Assembly (NCBI GenBank): GCA_964654465.1 | Contig: CAZZIO010000018.1 | Coordinates: 8,348-72,347, forward strand | DNA length: 64,000 nt | Direction of reading: 5' to 3' | From: an uncultured Dictyoglomota bacterium | Lineage (GTDB): Bacteria; Dictyoglomota; Dictyoglomia; Dictyoglomales; Dictyoglomaceae | In this document: positions 20,605-29,945 of the stretch, one piece after another | Numbering within the stretch: the stretch's first letter is position 1 | Layout of the letters: each line of letters begins with the position of its first letter | The notes under the pieces: generated by a model | What the model was told of the DNA's origin: nothing | The model's database searches: none | What the model saw: only the letters and a program-made list of their open reading frames with translations | Program-made: the position numbers and the translations under genes

Positions 20605-21885
20605 CTAATTTTTTTTAATTAAATCAAAAGCTCTTTTCTCAGCCTCATATATAATCTTCTCTTCATCAAGAGTTTTCAATTCTCTCTTCTCCATTAAAAT
20701 TCTACCATCAACAATAACAGTATCTACATCAAAAGCCCCAGCAGAATATACAAGATGAGATAAGAAATTATGACGAGGATAAAAATGTGGTTTGTTAATA
20801 TCTACAAGGATTAAATCTGCCTTATATCCTTCCTTTATTACCCCAGAATCATGCCAGCCTAAAATCTCCATACCACTTTTTGTAGCCATAGTTATTGCAT
20901 CCTTAGCTGGGATTGCTACTGGGTCTCTTTCATATCCTTTATGTAATATTGCAACAAGCCTTATTTCCTCCCACATATCCAGATTATTATTACTAGCGGG
21001 GCCATCAGTACCAAGACCTACCTTAACTTTTTTCTCCAACATTCTTTTCACAGGAGCAATTCCAGAAGCAAGTTTAAGATTACTCTGTGGGTTATGAGCA
21101 ACACCTACACCTTTTTGGGAAAGAATCTCTATCTCTTCATCATCTACAAAAACACAATGAGCAGCAAGAACTGGCACATTAAAAAGACCTATTCTATTCA
21201 TCAAACGGACAGGAGTTAAACCATATATATTTTTAATATTCTCTACTTCTAATACTGTCTCCGAAAGATGAGTATGAATACCAACATTTAACTCAACAGC
21301 TTTATTTATTACTTTTTCCAAAAAAGAAGGTGGACAGGTATAAGGAGCATGAGGTGCAAGCATTACTTTTATCCTTCCATTCTCTTTATTATGCCAATTT
21401 CTTGCAAATTCTACTCCTCTATTTAGAATCTCATCCTCATCCCCAGCAATACCTATCATTCCGACTGAAAGAGAGGCTTTTATTCCACTCTCAGAAACTG
21501 CTTTTGCAACTTCATCCATAAAAAAATACATATCTGCAAAAGCAATGGTACCAGACTTTATCATCTCACAAAGTCCTAACAAACTTCCCCAATATACATC
21601 ATCAGCTTGAAGTTTAGCCTCTTGTGGCCATATTTTTTCCTCTAACCACTCTTTCAATGGTAAATCATCTGCATAACCCCTAAAAAGAGTCATAGCAAGA
21701 TGAGTATGTGTATTTACAAGTCCTGGCATAGCAATTTTATTTTTCCCATCAATTTTATAATCAATATTTTCAAAATCTTTTTTATCAGAAATTTCCATAA
21801 TCTTATCTTCTTCTATTAATATATTCTGATTTGATATTACTCTATCTTCTTGAAGAATATCCACATTCTCTATAAGAATTCTCAT
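20605..21885 (-). CDS. mtaD: 5'-methylthioadenosine/S-adenosylhomocysteine deaminase
   Basis: Amidohydrolase with the metal motif VNTHTHLAM. Overall resemblance to TM0936-type MtaD. 426 aa. Confidence 0.85.
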   Translation of the reverse strand: MRILIENVDILQEDRVISNQNILIEEDKIMEISDKKDFENIDYKIDGKNKIAMPGLVNTHTHLAMTLFRGYADDLPLKEWLEEKIWPQEAKLQADDVYWGSLLGLCEMIKSGTIAFADMYFFMDEVAKAVSESGIKASLSVGMIGIAGDEDEILNRGVEFARNWHNKENGRIKVMLAPHAPYTCPPSFLEKVINKAVELNVGIHTHLSETVLEVENIKNIYGLTPVRLMNRIGLFNVPVLAAHCVFVDDEEIEILSQKGVGVAHNPQSNLKLASGIAPVKRMLEKKVKVGLGTDGPASNNNLDMWEEIRLVAILHKGYERDPVAIPAKDAITMATKSGMEILGWHDSGVIKEGYKADLILVDINKPHFYPRHNFLSHLVYSAGAFDVDTVIVDGRILMEKRELKTLDEEKIIYEAEKRAFDLIKKN

Positions 21886-22916
21886 TTGAATATTTCCTCC
21901 TTTATTTTTAAAATTTTCTCTTTAAAGGGAGGATAAATAACACCCTTATCAGTTATTATCCCTGTAATAAGTTCGGCAGGTGTTATATCAAAGGCAGGAT
22001 TTAGAGCCTTTATCTCATCCGAGGTAATTTTCTTACCCATACACGTAAGGACTTCTTCAGAATCTCTTTCTTCTATAGGAATATCAGATCCATTTTCAAT
22101 GCTAAGATCAAATGATGAAAAAGGTGCAGCTATATAAAAGGGAATATTATGATAATTGGCAAGAATAGCTATCATGTATGTACCAATTTTATTTGCTGTA
22201 TCTCCTCTTAAAGTAATTCTATCAGCCCCTACGATTACAATATTTACAAGACCCTTAGACATGACATAACCCACCGTATTATCAGTAATTAAAGTAGAAG
22301 GAATTTTCTCTTTATAAAGTTCCCATCCAGTAAGTCTTGCTCCCTGTAAAAGGGGACGAGTCTCAGTAAAATATACATGCTCTAACTTTCCCCATTTCCA
22401 AGCCTCTTTAATAACTCCAAGAGCAGTCCCAGGACCTATGGTAGCCAAGCTTCCAGTATTACAATGTGTCAGTATTCTTGCCTTTTCAGGTAATATTTCA
22501 GCACCATAATTAGATATAGCTTCGGATTTCTCTCTTTCCTCATTCTCTATTCTTTTAGCCTCTTCAAGAAGAAGGATCTTAATATCAGAAGGTGATAAAT
22601 TCTTATTATTATTTAAAACATTTGCCATTCTATTTATAGCAAAAAACAAATTTACAGCAGTTGGACGAGAGATGGCAAATTCACTCATTACCTCATTTAA
22701 ATAATCCACAATATTGGAACCTGTGTACTTGATTGCAGCAAGAGCAATTCCATAAGCAGTAGCAACCCCAATAGCAGGTGCTCCTCTTATTCTCATTTTC
22801 TTAATAGCATCAATCACTTGTTGATATTTAAAACACAAAATATAATCTTCTTTAAATGGGAGTTTAGATTGGTCAAGAATATATAGGACATTATTTTTCC
22901 ACTCTATAATATTCAT
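21882..22916 (-). CDS. mtnA: methylthioribose-1-phosphate isomerase
   Basis: eIF-2B-like fold, RGAPAIGV motif, 344 aa. Confidence 0.88.
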   Translation of the reverse strand: MNIIEWKNNVLYILDQSKLPFKEDYILCFKYQQVIDAIKKMRIRGAPAIGVATAYGIALAAIKYTGSNIVDYLNEVMSEFAISRPTAVNLFFAINRMANVLNNNKNLSPSDIKILLLEEAKRIENEEREKSEAISNYGAEILPEKARILTHCNTGSLATIGPGTALGVIKEAWKWGKLEHVYFTETRPLLQGARLTGWELYKEKIPSTLITDNTVGYVMSKGLVNIVIVGADRITLRGDTANKIGTYMIAILANYHNIPFYIAAPFSSFDLSIENGSDIPIEERDSEEVLTCMGKKITSDEIKALNPAFDITPAELITGIITDKGVIYPPFKEKILKIKEEIFK

Positions 22917-23704
22917 AATATCCCCTTCTCCTTATACTCCTTTAATGCATCTTTACATATACATTTTCTTTCCTTAGGAATCTTAGGTATCGCTCTTGCA
23001 AATAATTTTCTTACTTTCTCTATATTCTCAGACATAACATCCAAAACCTCCTGATGAGTCAAAGGAGAGGGAGATATACCTGCAGCATAATTAGTTACTA
23101 AGGAGACCGAAGCATAACACATCTCAAGCTCCCTCGCTAATATAACCTCAGGAACATTGGTCATCCCAACTACATCACCAAAATAAGAAAACATTTTTAT
23201 CTCCGCTGGGGTTTCAAAACGAGGTCCCTCTGTGCAAATATAGGTACCATAATAATGGATTCTCAATCCTAATTCTTTTGCTGTTTTAAATAAAATCTCT
23301 CTCAATTCTGGACAATATGGTTGTGTAAAATCTATATGAAAGACTTTCCCATCATCTCCATTAAAAAATGTATAATCTCTTTTCTTTGTAAAATCAATAA
23401 ATTGATCAAGTATTACAAGATCCCCTGGCATAAGATCCATCTTCAGACTCCCCACAGCAGTAGTTGAAAGAATCCTTTCTACCCCAAGACTTTTTAGAGC
23501 CCACATGTTAGCCTTGTAATTTATCCTATGAGGTGGAACTGAATGACCTGCTCCATGTCTTGCTAAAAAAGCTACTTCCTCTCCTTGATATATACCCTTT
23601 AATATCTTGGTATCCCCATAAGGGGTAGAAATTATAATCTCTTGAGGACTTTCCAAAAAGGCAGGATCATATACACCTGTACCCCCAATGATCGCTATTC
23701 TCAT
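22913..23704 (-). CDS. mtnP: methylthioadenosine (or methylthioinosine) phosphorylase
   Basis: MTAP/PNP family with N-terminus MRIAIIGGTG and the segment ARHGAGHSVPPHRINYKAN. Confidence 0.85.
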   Translation of the reverse strand: MRIAIIGGTGVYDPAFLESPQEIIISTPYGDTKILKGIYQGEEVAFLARHGAGHSVPPHRINYKANMWALKSLGVERILSTTAVGSLKMDLMPGDLVILDQFIDFTKKRDYTFFNGDDGKVFHIDFTQPYCPELREILFKTAKELGLRIHYYGTYICTEGPRFETPAEIKMFSYFGDVVGMTNVPEVILARELEMCYASVSLVTNYAAGISPSPLTHQEVLDVMSENIEKVRKLFARAIPKIPKERKCICKDALKEYKEKGIL

Positions 23705-24486
23705 TTAGTAACCTCCCTTTTTAATCTGAAAAAAATACCCTTTATATAATCTATAAGATCATTGACAAGATCTATAAATGAAGTTCCTCTTGTACCTCTC
23801 TCAAGAGCACTATAAAAATAGCTTGCTACATCAAAAGTTGCTTCATCTATTTGCCTTTGGGTAATTTTTGAAACATCCGAGAAACCTTTTCCTCTTAAAT
23901 AAGCTCTTTCAATATCACTATAATATTTAGACGCAATTTTTGCTCTTTCTATAATATAACTCATAGGGTAAGAGATATATTTTAAAGACTTTGGTCTTTT
24001 AGGTTCAATTACTTCTGCATCTTTCTCATATTTACTGTGAAAGAGATTCTCTGTTTTGCTTGTTGCTGTATGAAGAGGTTGATTCAAATCAGCAATATAA
24101 TGAGATAAAACTCCCAGTTGAAAAGCTATAAGTCGCCAAGGTTTTTTATCTTGAATTAATCTAATAATTTCTAAATATTTTTCTCTTACCTTTTCAGGAC
24201 CTTTTCCTTTACTTCCATATACATGATAAATGTGGCTATCAAAATCCCTATAAATTCTATCTGGGGCTGTACTTCCATCTATTATTTCATCAAAATATGG
24301 TGATAGTTTCTTTTGATACTCCTTTGGCAAAGCATAAAATGCTTCCTTTGCTATCTTTTGATGAGTTTTACCTCCCCACCCCAAAATGGGGGTACTAAGA
24401 AGTAATATGATAAGAAAATATACGAATAATTTCTTATAACAGAATCTTCTCATAACGGTAAATATTTTATCACAAAAATTAAGCAT
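23701..24486 (-). CDS. secreted zinc phospholipase C / S1-P1 nuclease superfamily protein
   Basis: Signal/TM segment followed by GWGGKTHQKIA, then SHYIADLNQPLHT, a His/Asp metal-ligand pattern. The alternative start at 24453 is equally plausible. Confidence 0.5.
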   Translation of the reverse strand: MLNFCDKIFTVMRRFCYKKLFVYFLIILLLSTPILGWGGKTHQKIAKEAFYALPKEYQKKLSPYFDEIIDGSTAPDRIYRDFDSHIYHVYGSKGKGPEKVREKYLEIIRLIQDKKPWRLIAFQLGVLSHYIADLNQPLHTATSKTENLFHSKYEKDAEVIEPKRPKSLKYISYPMSYIIERAKIASKYYSDIERAYLRGKGFSDVSKITQRQIDEATFDVASYFYSALERGTRGTSFIDLVNDLIDYIKGIFFRLKREVTK

Positions 24487-25585
24487 TATTTAATATCTCA
24501 TCCAAAAACTCTTTAAATTCTTTTAAAAATCTATCTTTTGAAAATCTATATGCATTTTTAACTATATTTTCAGTTTTGAAATTATCTCTTTCATTTATAA
24601 ACCTAAAAATAGCTTTCTTTAAAGACTCCACATTCTGCTCATAGAAAAAGATACCAGTTTCCCCCTCTATCACAGTCTCTAAAGCTCCTCCTTTTCCATA
24701 AGCAATTACAGGAGTTCCACTTGCTTGAGACTCGACAGGAACAATACCAAAATCTTCTTCTGCTGGGAAAATTAAGGCTTGAGCTTTGGATAAATAATCC
24801 CTAACAATATGATCTTCTTGCCAACCTAAAATTCTAATATTTTCTTTAGCAATTTTTTTTATTTTTGACATTTCCTCTCCATCCCCAATAACAACAAGAG
24901 GTAACTTTATCTCATTAAATACTTCCACCACTAAATCTACCTTCTTATAGGGAACTAAACGTGACAGAACCAAAAAATAATCATCCTTATCTTTAGAAGG
25001 AGTAAATTTATCAATATCTACGGGAGGATATATAACTTTGGACTCTCTTTTATATATTTTCCTTATTCTCTTTGCCACATTTTTTGAATTTGCAATATAA
25101 TAATCCACTCTATTTGAACTTAAAACATCCCACATCCTTAAATAATGGAAAATTACTTTAACAAACAAACCCTTTATACCAGTAGCTACCTTATGATCTC
25201 TCAAATATGGAAAATAAAGATCCCAGATATATCTCATAGGAGTATGGCAATAACAAACATGTGTCTGATGCGATTTAGTTATTACTCCTTTTGCCACACA
25301 ATGGCTACTGGAAATCACTAACTCATATTTGCCAAGATCCAATTGCTCTATAGCTAAAGGCATTAGTGGAAGATAAAAAGAGTACTTTTTCTCGCCAAAT
25401 GGCATATATTTTATAAAAGAAGCATAAACCTTATTTTTTATATTCAGTTTTTTCAAGGTTTCCTCAGAATACACTAAGGTAAAAATATCTGCATTAGGGA
25501 AAATCTCTAAGATGGCTTTTAATACTTTTTCAGCCCCTCCTATATTAACTATCCAATCATGAACTATTGCTACTTTCATTTTCAA
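24479..25585 (-). CDS. GT4 family glycosyltransferase
   Basis: GT-B fold with the E-x7-E region (EEDFGIVPVESQASGTPVIA). Confidence 0.85.
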   Translation of the reverse strand: MKMKVAIVHDWIVNIGGAEKVLKAILEIFPNADIFTLVYSEETLKKLNIKNKVYASFIKYMPFGEKKYSFYLPLMPLAIEQLDLGKYELVISSSHCVAKGVITKSHQTHVCYCHTPMRYIWDLYFPYLRDHKVATGIKGLFVKVIFHYLRMWDVLSSNRVDYYIANSKNVAKRIRKIYKRESKVIYPPVDIDKFTPSKDKDDYFLVLSRLVPYKKVDLVVEVFNEIKLPLVVIGDGEEMSKIKKIAKENIRILGWQEDHIVRDYLSKAQALIFPAEEDFGIVPVESQASGTPVIAYGKGGALETVIEGETGIFFYEQNVESLKKAIFRFINERDNFKTENIVKNAYRFSKDRFLKEFKEFLDEILNNA

Positions 25586-25590
25586 ACCTT

Positions 25591-26238
25591 TTATACTTCT
25601 ACAGGAAATAATACGGCTCTTACAGGTGATCCTTCTCCTCCTTCAATCTTTAAAGGAAGAGAAACAATAAAATATAGACCTTCCCTCACATTTAATAGGT
25701 TTAAACCTTCTATTATTCCTATTTCTTCCCTCAAAAGAGTCCTATGTACCTCTCTCCCTTCATCTCCTCTTGGTCCAATTGATAGATAATCGATTCCCAC
25801 CGTCTTTATTCTTTTGCTTGCTAAATATTTAGCTGATTCAATAGATAATCCTACATAATTATCATGAAATTTATTTTCTCTCAACAGATATGAATTCTTA
25901 GTTTTAAAAAGGATTATATCACCTTCTGCAATAGGCAAAGAAACGATGTCATCTAACATTATTTTCTCTTCATTTTTTATTAAAAAAACTTTAGCTAAAC
26001 CCAAAAATTTATATATATCAATCCTATCAAGAGTCTTCCCATCCTCAAGAAAATGATAAGGTGTATCAATATGAGTACCTGTATGAGAACCCATAACTAT
26101 CTTTGATAAATTTGCATTTCTTCCTTCCGATATTTTTGATACCCATTCCCTTTGAAATTTAGGATCATTAGGCCAAAAAACCATATTTTCATTTATAAGT
26201 AAACTAACATCTATTGGTTTATCCCAAATAATTTTCAT
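25591..26238 (-). CDS. cyclase family protein (kynurenine formamidase-like)
   Basis: HxGTHxDxPxH motif (GSHTGTHIDTPYHF). 215 aa. Confidence 0.8.
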   Translation of the reverse strand: MKIIWDKPIDVSLLINENMVFWPNDPKFQREWVSKISEGRNANLSKIVMGSHTGTHIDTPYHFLEDGKTLDRIDIYKFLGLAKVFLIKNEEKIMLDDIVSLPIAEGDIILFKTKNSYLLRENKFHDNYVGLSIESAKYLASKRIKTVGIDYLSIGPRGDEGREVHRTLLREEIGIIEGLNLLNVREGLYFIVSLPLKIEGGEGSPVRAVLFPVEV

Positions 26239-26339
26239 TATTAAACCCTCCTTTTTTAAGTATTATAACATCAATCTATAAGAAAAATATTCTCTGTCCG
26301 CATTGTAGAAAAACATATAAAGATTAAAGTAAAAGTAAA

Positions 26340-26876
26340 TTAAGGTAAGCAATTTCCACAAGGCGAATATCCATTCTCTACAGCTTCATTTCGAGTTTTT
26401 AAAAAAGTTTGATTTTGAGGAGAAGGAAGAGTCCAACACCAAGGATAATGAAATTTCTTTGTTCCTTTATTACCTACATAGAACTTGGGAGGATAGTAAA
26501 AGATTGTATATGCTTTTTCTTCATAAGCATAAAAAATTATGTGGGCATTTTTAAAATTATCATTCTTAAAAGCATTTCTGAAATAAGTTATATCTGATGT
26601 AAAGGTGTAATGCTTATCATTATAAGGACTAATAGGATATTCGAAAAATTTAGATAAAAGATCTTGTAATTCGTTGAGATTTGGATATCTTCCATATTTT
26701 ATAGCAAAAATCTCAATTTCTTTAGTTATCAATTGCATATTATTATGCTGGGTATCTCTCTTCGCTTCTTCTATGGTATTAAAATATAGAGGTAATGCTA
26801 AAGAAACTAAAATAAATAAGATACTTATAACAATCAAAATTTCTAAAGAAGAAAAACCCCTCCTCACTTTCGTCAT
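26340..26876 (-). CDS. prepilin-type N-terminal domain protein with C-terminal Ada-like zinc motif
   Basis: Leader MTKVRRG followed by FSSLEILIVISILFILVSLALP, a class III signal with Glu at +5. The C-terminus is FHYPWC...NQTF...NEAVENGYSPCGNCLP. Confidence 0.7.
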   Translation of the reverse strand: MTKVRRGFSSLEILIVISILFILVSLALPLYFNTIEEAKRDTQHNNMQLITKEIEIFAIKYGRYPNLNELQDLLSKFFEYPISPYNDKHYTFTSDITYFRNAFKNDNFKNAHIIFYAYEEKAYTIFYYPPKFYVGNKGTKKFHYPWCWTLPSPQNQTFLKTRNEAVENGYSPCGNCLP

Positions 26877-26923
26877 GCCATTAATATCTAAAAAAGTATT
26901 TAAAATTTATATATTTAAAATAA

Positions 26924-26952
26924 ATTATAACTCAAATTTAGTAAATTTTCAA
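26924..26952 (-). promoter_or_regulatory. sigma70-like promoter for the pilin-like gene
   Basis: Minus strand TTGAAA, a 17-nt spacer, then TATAAT, about 45 nt upstream of the ATG. Confidence 0.55.
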
Positions 26953-27080
26953 AAATTAAAAGCAATTGACCTTTAGAAGGAGAAAAAATCATATTTTTTT
27001 ATATTCTATTTGAGCACAACATCTTGCAGTATGTCTATACAACATTTGTACTTACCCTAAATAAACATATCTAAAATCAC

Positions 27081-27110
27081 TTGACCTAAATAAATTATGT
27101 GTAGTATCTT
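27081..27110 (+). promoter_or_regulatory. candidate promoter for pyrE
   Basis: TTGACC, then an 18-nt spacer and TATCTT (or a 15-nt spacer and TAGTAT). Confidence 0.35.
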
Positions 27111-27152
27111 TAACATAGTTAAAATAAATTAAAAGAGAAAGGAAATTCATAT

Positions 27153-27722
27153 ATGGATTGGCTTAATGTATTTAAAGCAAAAGGAGCTTTTTTAGAAGGC
27201 CATTTTTTATTATCCTCAGGTCTCCATAGTCCAAATTATCTCCAATGTGCCCTCATACTCCAATATCCTGATTTATCAGAAAAGATCGCAAAAGAAATAG
27301 CAGAAAAAATACCTGAGTACTTAAAGATTGATGTAGTAGTTGGTCCTGCTCTCGGTGGAATTATAATTGCCTATGAGCTTGCAAGGGCGTTAAACGTAAG
27401 AGGAATATTTGCAGAAAGAGAAGAAGGTAAAATGACACTAAGAAGAGGCTTCAGTATCAAACCAGGAGAAAAAGTCTTAATCTGTGAAGATGTAGTTACT
27501 ACAGGTGGTTCTGCGTTAGAGGTAGCAAATTTAATTAAAGAAAATGGAGGAGAGGTAGTTTCTTTTGCCTGTATTGTAGACAGAAGTGGAGGAAAGAATA
27601 TTTTTGACAAACCTCTTTATTCTTTAATTCAATTAAAACTTGATACCTATAAACCTGAAGAATGCCCCCTCTGTAAGGCAGGAATTCCCTTATTAAAACC
27701 AGGAAGCAGAGGACTAAAATAA
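27153..27722 (+). CDS. pyrE: orotate phosphoribosyltransferase
   Basis: PRPP-binding motif VLICEDVVTTGGS. 189 aa. Confidence 0.9.
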   Translation: MDWLNVFKAKGAFLEGHFLLSSGLHSPNYLQCALILQYPDLSEKIAKEIAEKIPEYLKIDVVVGPALGGIIIAYELARALNVRGIFAEREEGKMTLRRGFSIKPGEKVLICEDVVTTGGSALEVANLIKENGGEVVSFACIVDRSGGKNIFDKPLYSLIQLKLDTYKPEECPLCKAGIPLLKPGSRGLK

Positions 27723-27725
27723 AAA

Positions 27726-27751
27726 GGGGATAAGAGATTACTTCTATCCCC
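27726..27751 (+). terminator. intrinsic terminator of pyrE
   Basis: GGGGATA-loop-TATCCCC hairpin followed by TTATATTCT. Confidence 0.65.
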
Positions 27752-28024
27752 TTATATTCTCAATATCATTATATTCCTTATAATAGTGTTTCCTTGAACT
27801 ACTCCTGTAAAAATCACAATGTTGTAACTAATTCTCCAGCACCTCCCGTTACAAGATTCTTATATAATATCTTCATATCTTCCAGAAATATTTTTTGTTG
27901 CTTGGTGGAAAGTTTTATATTTTTCCCATTGAAACGCGCAAGTTTTATTCAATAGAAGTATTACTTGCCCATATAGTTTTTTACAAACTTTTACTTTTTA
28001 AAGGTAGGAGGTAAAATTACTTAG

Positions 28025-28276
28025 GGATTAGATATTGTTCTCAAACTTGTTGAATTTTTCAACTCAAGTATACTTTTAGTTTATATTGCACATAATCCAG
28101 ATTTTGTTGAAACAAAGGATGAATTAAAATGGAATTTTAAATGATGACTGTCAATACTATGAAAAACCTCAATGAAAAGTAGAAAGTTATATGGAGCAAG
28201 ATACATACTCGTTAAAGTAGCAAAAAATATAGTTAGACATGCCCACTACTCTGTAAATGAAGAAGATATAAGATAA
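28025..28276 (+). pseudogene. possible decayed reading frame inside the pyrE-lysK spacer
   Basis: A single frame reads GLDIVLKLVEFFNSSILLVYIAHNPDFVETKDELKWNFK**LSIL*KTSMKSRKLYGARYILVKVAKNIVRHAHYSVNEEDIR*. The composition is protein-like, but the frame is preceded by a stop, interrupted by three more in-frame stops (TGA TGA, TGA), and has no usable start. No family assignment. Confidence 0.25.
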
Positions 28277-28373
28277 TTATCTTTACCTATTAGTGATAAA
28301 AGACCTAATAATTAAAACATTCTGCCGTTTGAAAAAATTATAGTAATTTTTTTTAATGGACTTTTTTAAAAAT

Positions 28374-29945
28374 CTAACTTCCTGCTTCCAATAGTCTACT
28401 TACAACAAAATCTTTCGGCAAAGATATTAAGAAGTAACCAGCTCTTGGCCCTGATGTTTGATTGAGAAAAGAAAGATATATAAGCTGAAAAGCTCTTTTT
28501 CCTTCTATTCCATGTTCTTGCGCTAAGTTATATATAAAGTTTTGGAGTTCATTACCTTGCCAATCTTTTTCCTTTATTTTATTAGCCAAAATTCTTAAAA
28601 ATTCCTTTTCCTTAGGAAGAAAGGTTTTAACTATTTCAGGTGTCTTTTCCTGTAATTTAAATTTCACCTGAGATGGTGCAAATTTTTCAAGCCAATTTTT
28701 TACATATTCAATCCTTTTTAATATCTCATCAAACTTACTAAGCTCACTTTCATAACCGCTTCTTATAAGCATCTCTTTTAGAAGTTCATTATTTCCCAAG
28801 GATATTTGAGTTAATGTAATTATATGCCTGAGTGGTACTTGTGGCCCTATCTCTTTTGGAATCTCTCTTACCTGTGAAAGTTCATAAAGTCTCGCAATTT
28901 CAGCCCACTCTTCTTCCGTACCTTCTAATCGGTAATAAATTCTCTCCAATCTTTCATAATCCTCTGCTAAAAGAATATATCCATTTACTGGATCAAAATC
29001 TATATGCTTATCTGGTTTATATCTCAATATGAGATATCTTACCCATGAAGGGGGGAGGATTTCTAATATTTCATTAATAGAAATAGCTATCCCTTTTGAG
29101 CTTGACATAGCTCCTTTCCCTTTCAGATATATCCATTCATATACAAAGGGATAAGGAGGCTCATATCCAAATATCTCTTTCGTAATGACCTTTCCTGTAT
29201 CATAAGAACCACCTGTAGTAGCATGATCTTTCCCAAAAGGTTCTACTGTAACTCCAAAAATCTTCCATCTACCCGGCCAATCAAGTCGCCAAGGAAGTTT
29301 TGCTTCTCCTTTGCTATAATCTGATACTCCTTGATGACCGCATTTACATTGATATTCCACTTGATGTTTTTTAGTATCATAGGAAATTATTTTTGTAGTA
29401 GCTAACCTTCCACATTTTTCACATTTTGGAAGGAGAGGAACAAAATCTTTCTCTAAATTTCTCCCTGCTATTTCATTAAGAATCTCTTTTATTTTTTGAT
29501 TATTTTCCAAAGTTAAGTCAATAATCTCAGTATACAAGCCCTTTTTATAACTTTCGTGAGCCTTTATTACTTTTGGTTCAATACCTAATACTTTTATTGC
29601 TTCTAAAAATGGTTCTAAAAAGTGTTCTGCATAATTCTCATGACATCCTTCAGGATCAGGAATTTCAGATATGGGCTTTCCTACATGTTCAGCATAAGAT
29701 TCTGGTAAGAAAGGATATACTTTTCTTAAAGGGTCAAATGTATCAGCTATATAAATAAAATCTACTTCTGAACCTTGATCCCTTAAAGCTCTTGAAAGGG
29801 CATCACCAGTTAAAATCTCCCTCAGGTTCCCAAGATGGATGGGACCTGAGGGAGTAATACCAGTTGCTACCACATTTTTATTACCTTTTAACTTAATTAT
29901 TTCAGATGCTGCTATATCTGCCCAATGCGGGACTTTTTTTACCAT
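28374..29945 (-). CDS. lysK: class I (archaeal-type) lysyl-tRNA synthetase
   Basis: 523 aa. HIGH-type PSGPIHLGNLRE and KMSKS-type GAMSSSKG motifs, plus the CxxC...CxC insertion typical of class I LysRS. Confidence 0.9.
   Translation of the reverse strand: MVKKVPHWADIAASEIIKLKGNKNVVATGITPSGPIHLGNLREILTGDALSRALRDQGSEVDFIYIADTFDPLRKVYPFLPESYAEHVGKPISEIPDPEGCHENYAEHFLEPFLEAIKVLGIEPKVIKAHESYKKGLYTEIIDLTLENNQKIKEILNEIAGRNLEKDFVPLLPKCEKCGRLATTKIISYDTKKHQVEYQCKCGHQGVSDYSKGEAKLPWRLDWPGRWKIFGVTVEPFGKDHATTGGSYDTGKVITKEIFGYEPPYPFVYEWIYLKGKGAMSSSKGIAISINEILEILPPSWVRYLILRYKPDKHIDFDPVNGYILLAEDYERLERIYYRLEGTEEEWAEIARLYELSQVREIPKEIGPQVPLRHIITLTQISLGNNELLKEMLIRSGYESELSKFDEILKRIEYVKNWLEKFAPSQVKFKLQEKTPEIVKTFLPKEKEFLRILANKIKEKDWQGNELQNFIYNLAQEHGIEGKRAFQLIYLSFLNQTSGPRAGYFLISLPKDFVVSRLLEAGS

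Noticed and set aside
27752-28373. Possibility that the ORF-free spacer encodes a standard housekeeping RNA (tmRNA, RNase P RNA, SRP RNA, 6S RNA) or a CRISPR array.
   Set aside because: The region is extremely AT-rich and lacks the GC-rich conserved helices of those RNAs. There are no repeat-spacer periodicities. It is kept only as an unexplained spacer or pseudogene candidate.
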